NCBI GenBank assembly: GCA_002269645.1
Contig: NIVC01002507.1
Location: 2,281-66,280, forward strand
Direction: 5' to 3'
DNA length: 64,000 bases
Source: Macrostomum lignano
Taxonomy: Eukaryota
The notes below the pieces were generated by a model that was not told the origin of the DNA, ran no database searches, and saw only the letters and a program-made list of their open reading frames with translations. Of this stretch, positions 63,582-64,000 are shown piece after piece. The position numbers and the translations under genes are program-made. The stretch's first letter is position 1; each line of letters starts with the position of its first letter.

Positions 63582-64000
63582 ATGCCCAAAGTAAAATTTC
63601 AGCATGATCCTTTTTTCCCTAATCCTCTTTTATGTTGTATTATCGGCGCTACAAATACGGGTAAAACATATTTACTATTCCATATTCTTACAAGTCCTGA
63701 AAAACTAGTTGACTTTAATGAGTTAGTTTTATATGTTCCCAGAGCATCTCAAATGGATCCAGAGTATCAGTTTCTAAAATATGGCTTTGAAAATGGTCTC
63801 CCACCTTCTCTTATCAACTCACTCTATCATGTCTACCAGGTGAGTGAGGATGCATCTCCTGAAGATATTAGACATATTTGTCGAGAGGCAGCCAACCCTG
63901 GTCGAGTGCAAAGCACATCAGAAAATCAGAAGTAATAGAGAAAATTCCTGTCACTCTTTCCCATACTCCAAATGAAGAAATTTTTCATAATGGACTAAAG
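63582..64000 (+). pseudogene. Packaging ATPase (A32/FtsK-like), frameshift near 63920, runs off the window
   Basis: Walker A CIIGATNTGKTYLL. Another frame continues SEVIEKIPVTLSHTPNEEIFHNGLK to the window edge. Confidence 0.82.

Larger units (their letters stand above)
57183..64000 (+). mobile_element. Endogenous Maverick/Polinton (adintovirus-like) element, left part, truncated by the window edge
   Basis: AGTAGTAGT terminus. Compact co-directional AT-rich ORFs with AAA-ATG starts: PLA2, retroviral-type integrase, GxG-motif core-like proteins, major capsid protein, Walker-A ATPase. pPolB and protease are not in the window. Confidence 0.92.

Noticed and set aside
57183-64000. Bacterial or phage contamination
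   Set aside because: The gene set is Maverick-type, starts are AAA-ATG without Shine-Dalgarno motifs, and the junction with the host intron minisatellite is base-precise.

Overview
This is animal (invertebrate-type) nuclear DNA: GT-AG introns, TATA boxes, TTAGGG repeats and a CORE-like SINE. Positions 1-56.6 kb hold a minus-strand tandem array of a 6-exon gene for a type-I membrane protein (signal peptide, divergent CUB-like domain, divergent C-type-lectin-like domain, TM helix, tail). Seven copies are visible: B, D and E look open, A, C and G are disrupted, and F is a remnant. They are interleaved with minisatellites, two SINEs, a probable solo LTR, a TIR element, a decayed piggyBac and recurrent TA-CGAGCG-TA footprints. 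From 57183 to the window end lies the left part of an endogenous Maverick/Polinton (adintovirus-like) element: AGTAGT terminus, PLA2-integrase, two probable core proteins, major capsid protein and packaging ATPase. The main discovery is an 891-nt group I intron (59224-60114, subgroup IC1) in this element. It splits the Gly-Pro-Gly loop of the viral PLA2 domain, and its P1, P3-P9 helices, G-binding pair, GAAA tetraloop/11-nt receptor and omega-G can all be read directly. It carries a PD-(D/E)xK nuclease ORF, and the ligated exons create a GGTCC (GGNCC) site that I could not find elsewhere in the element. All alignments, folds and counts were done by hand; no database searches were run.
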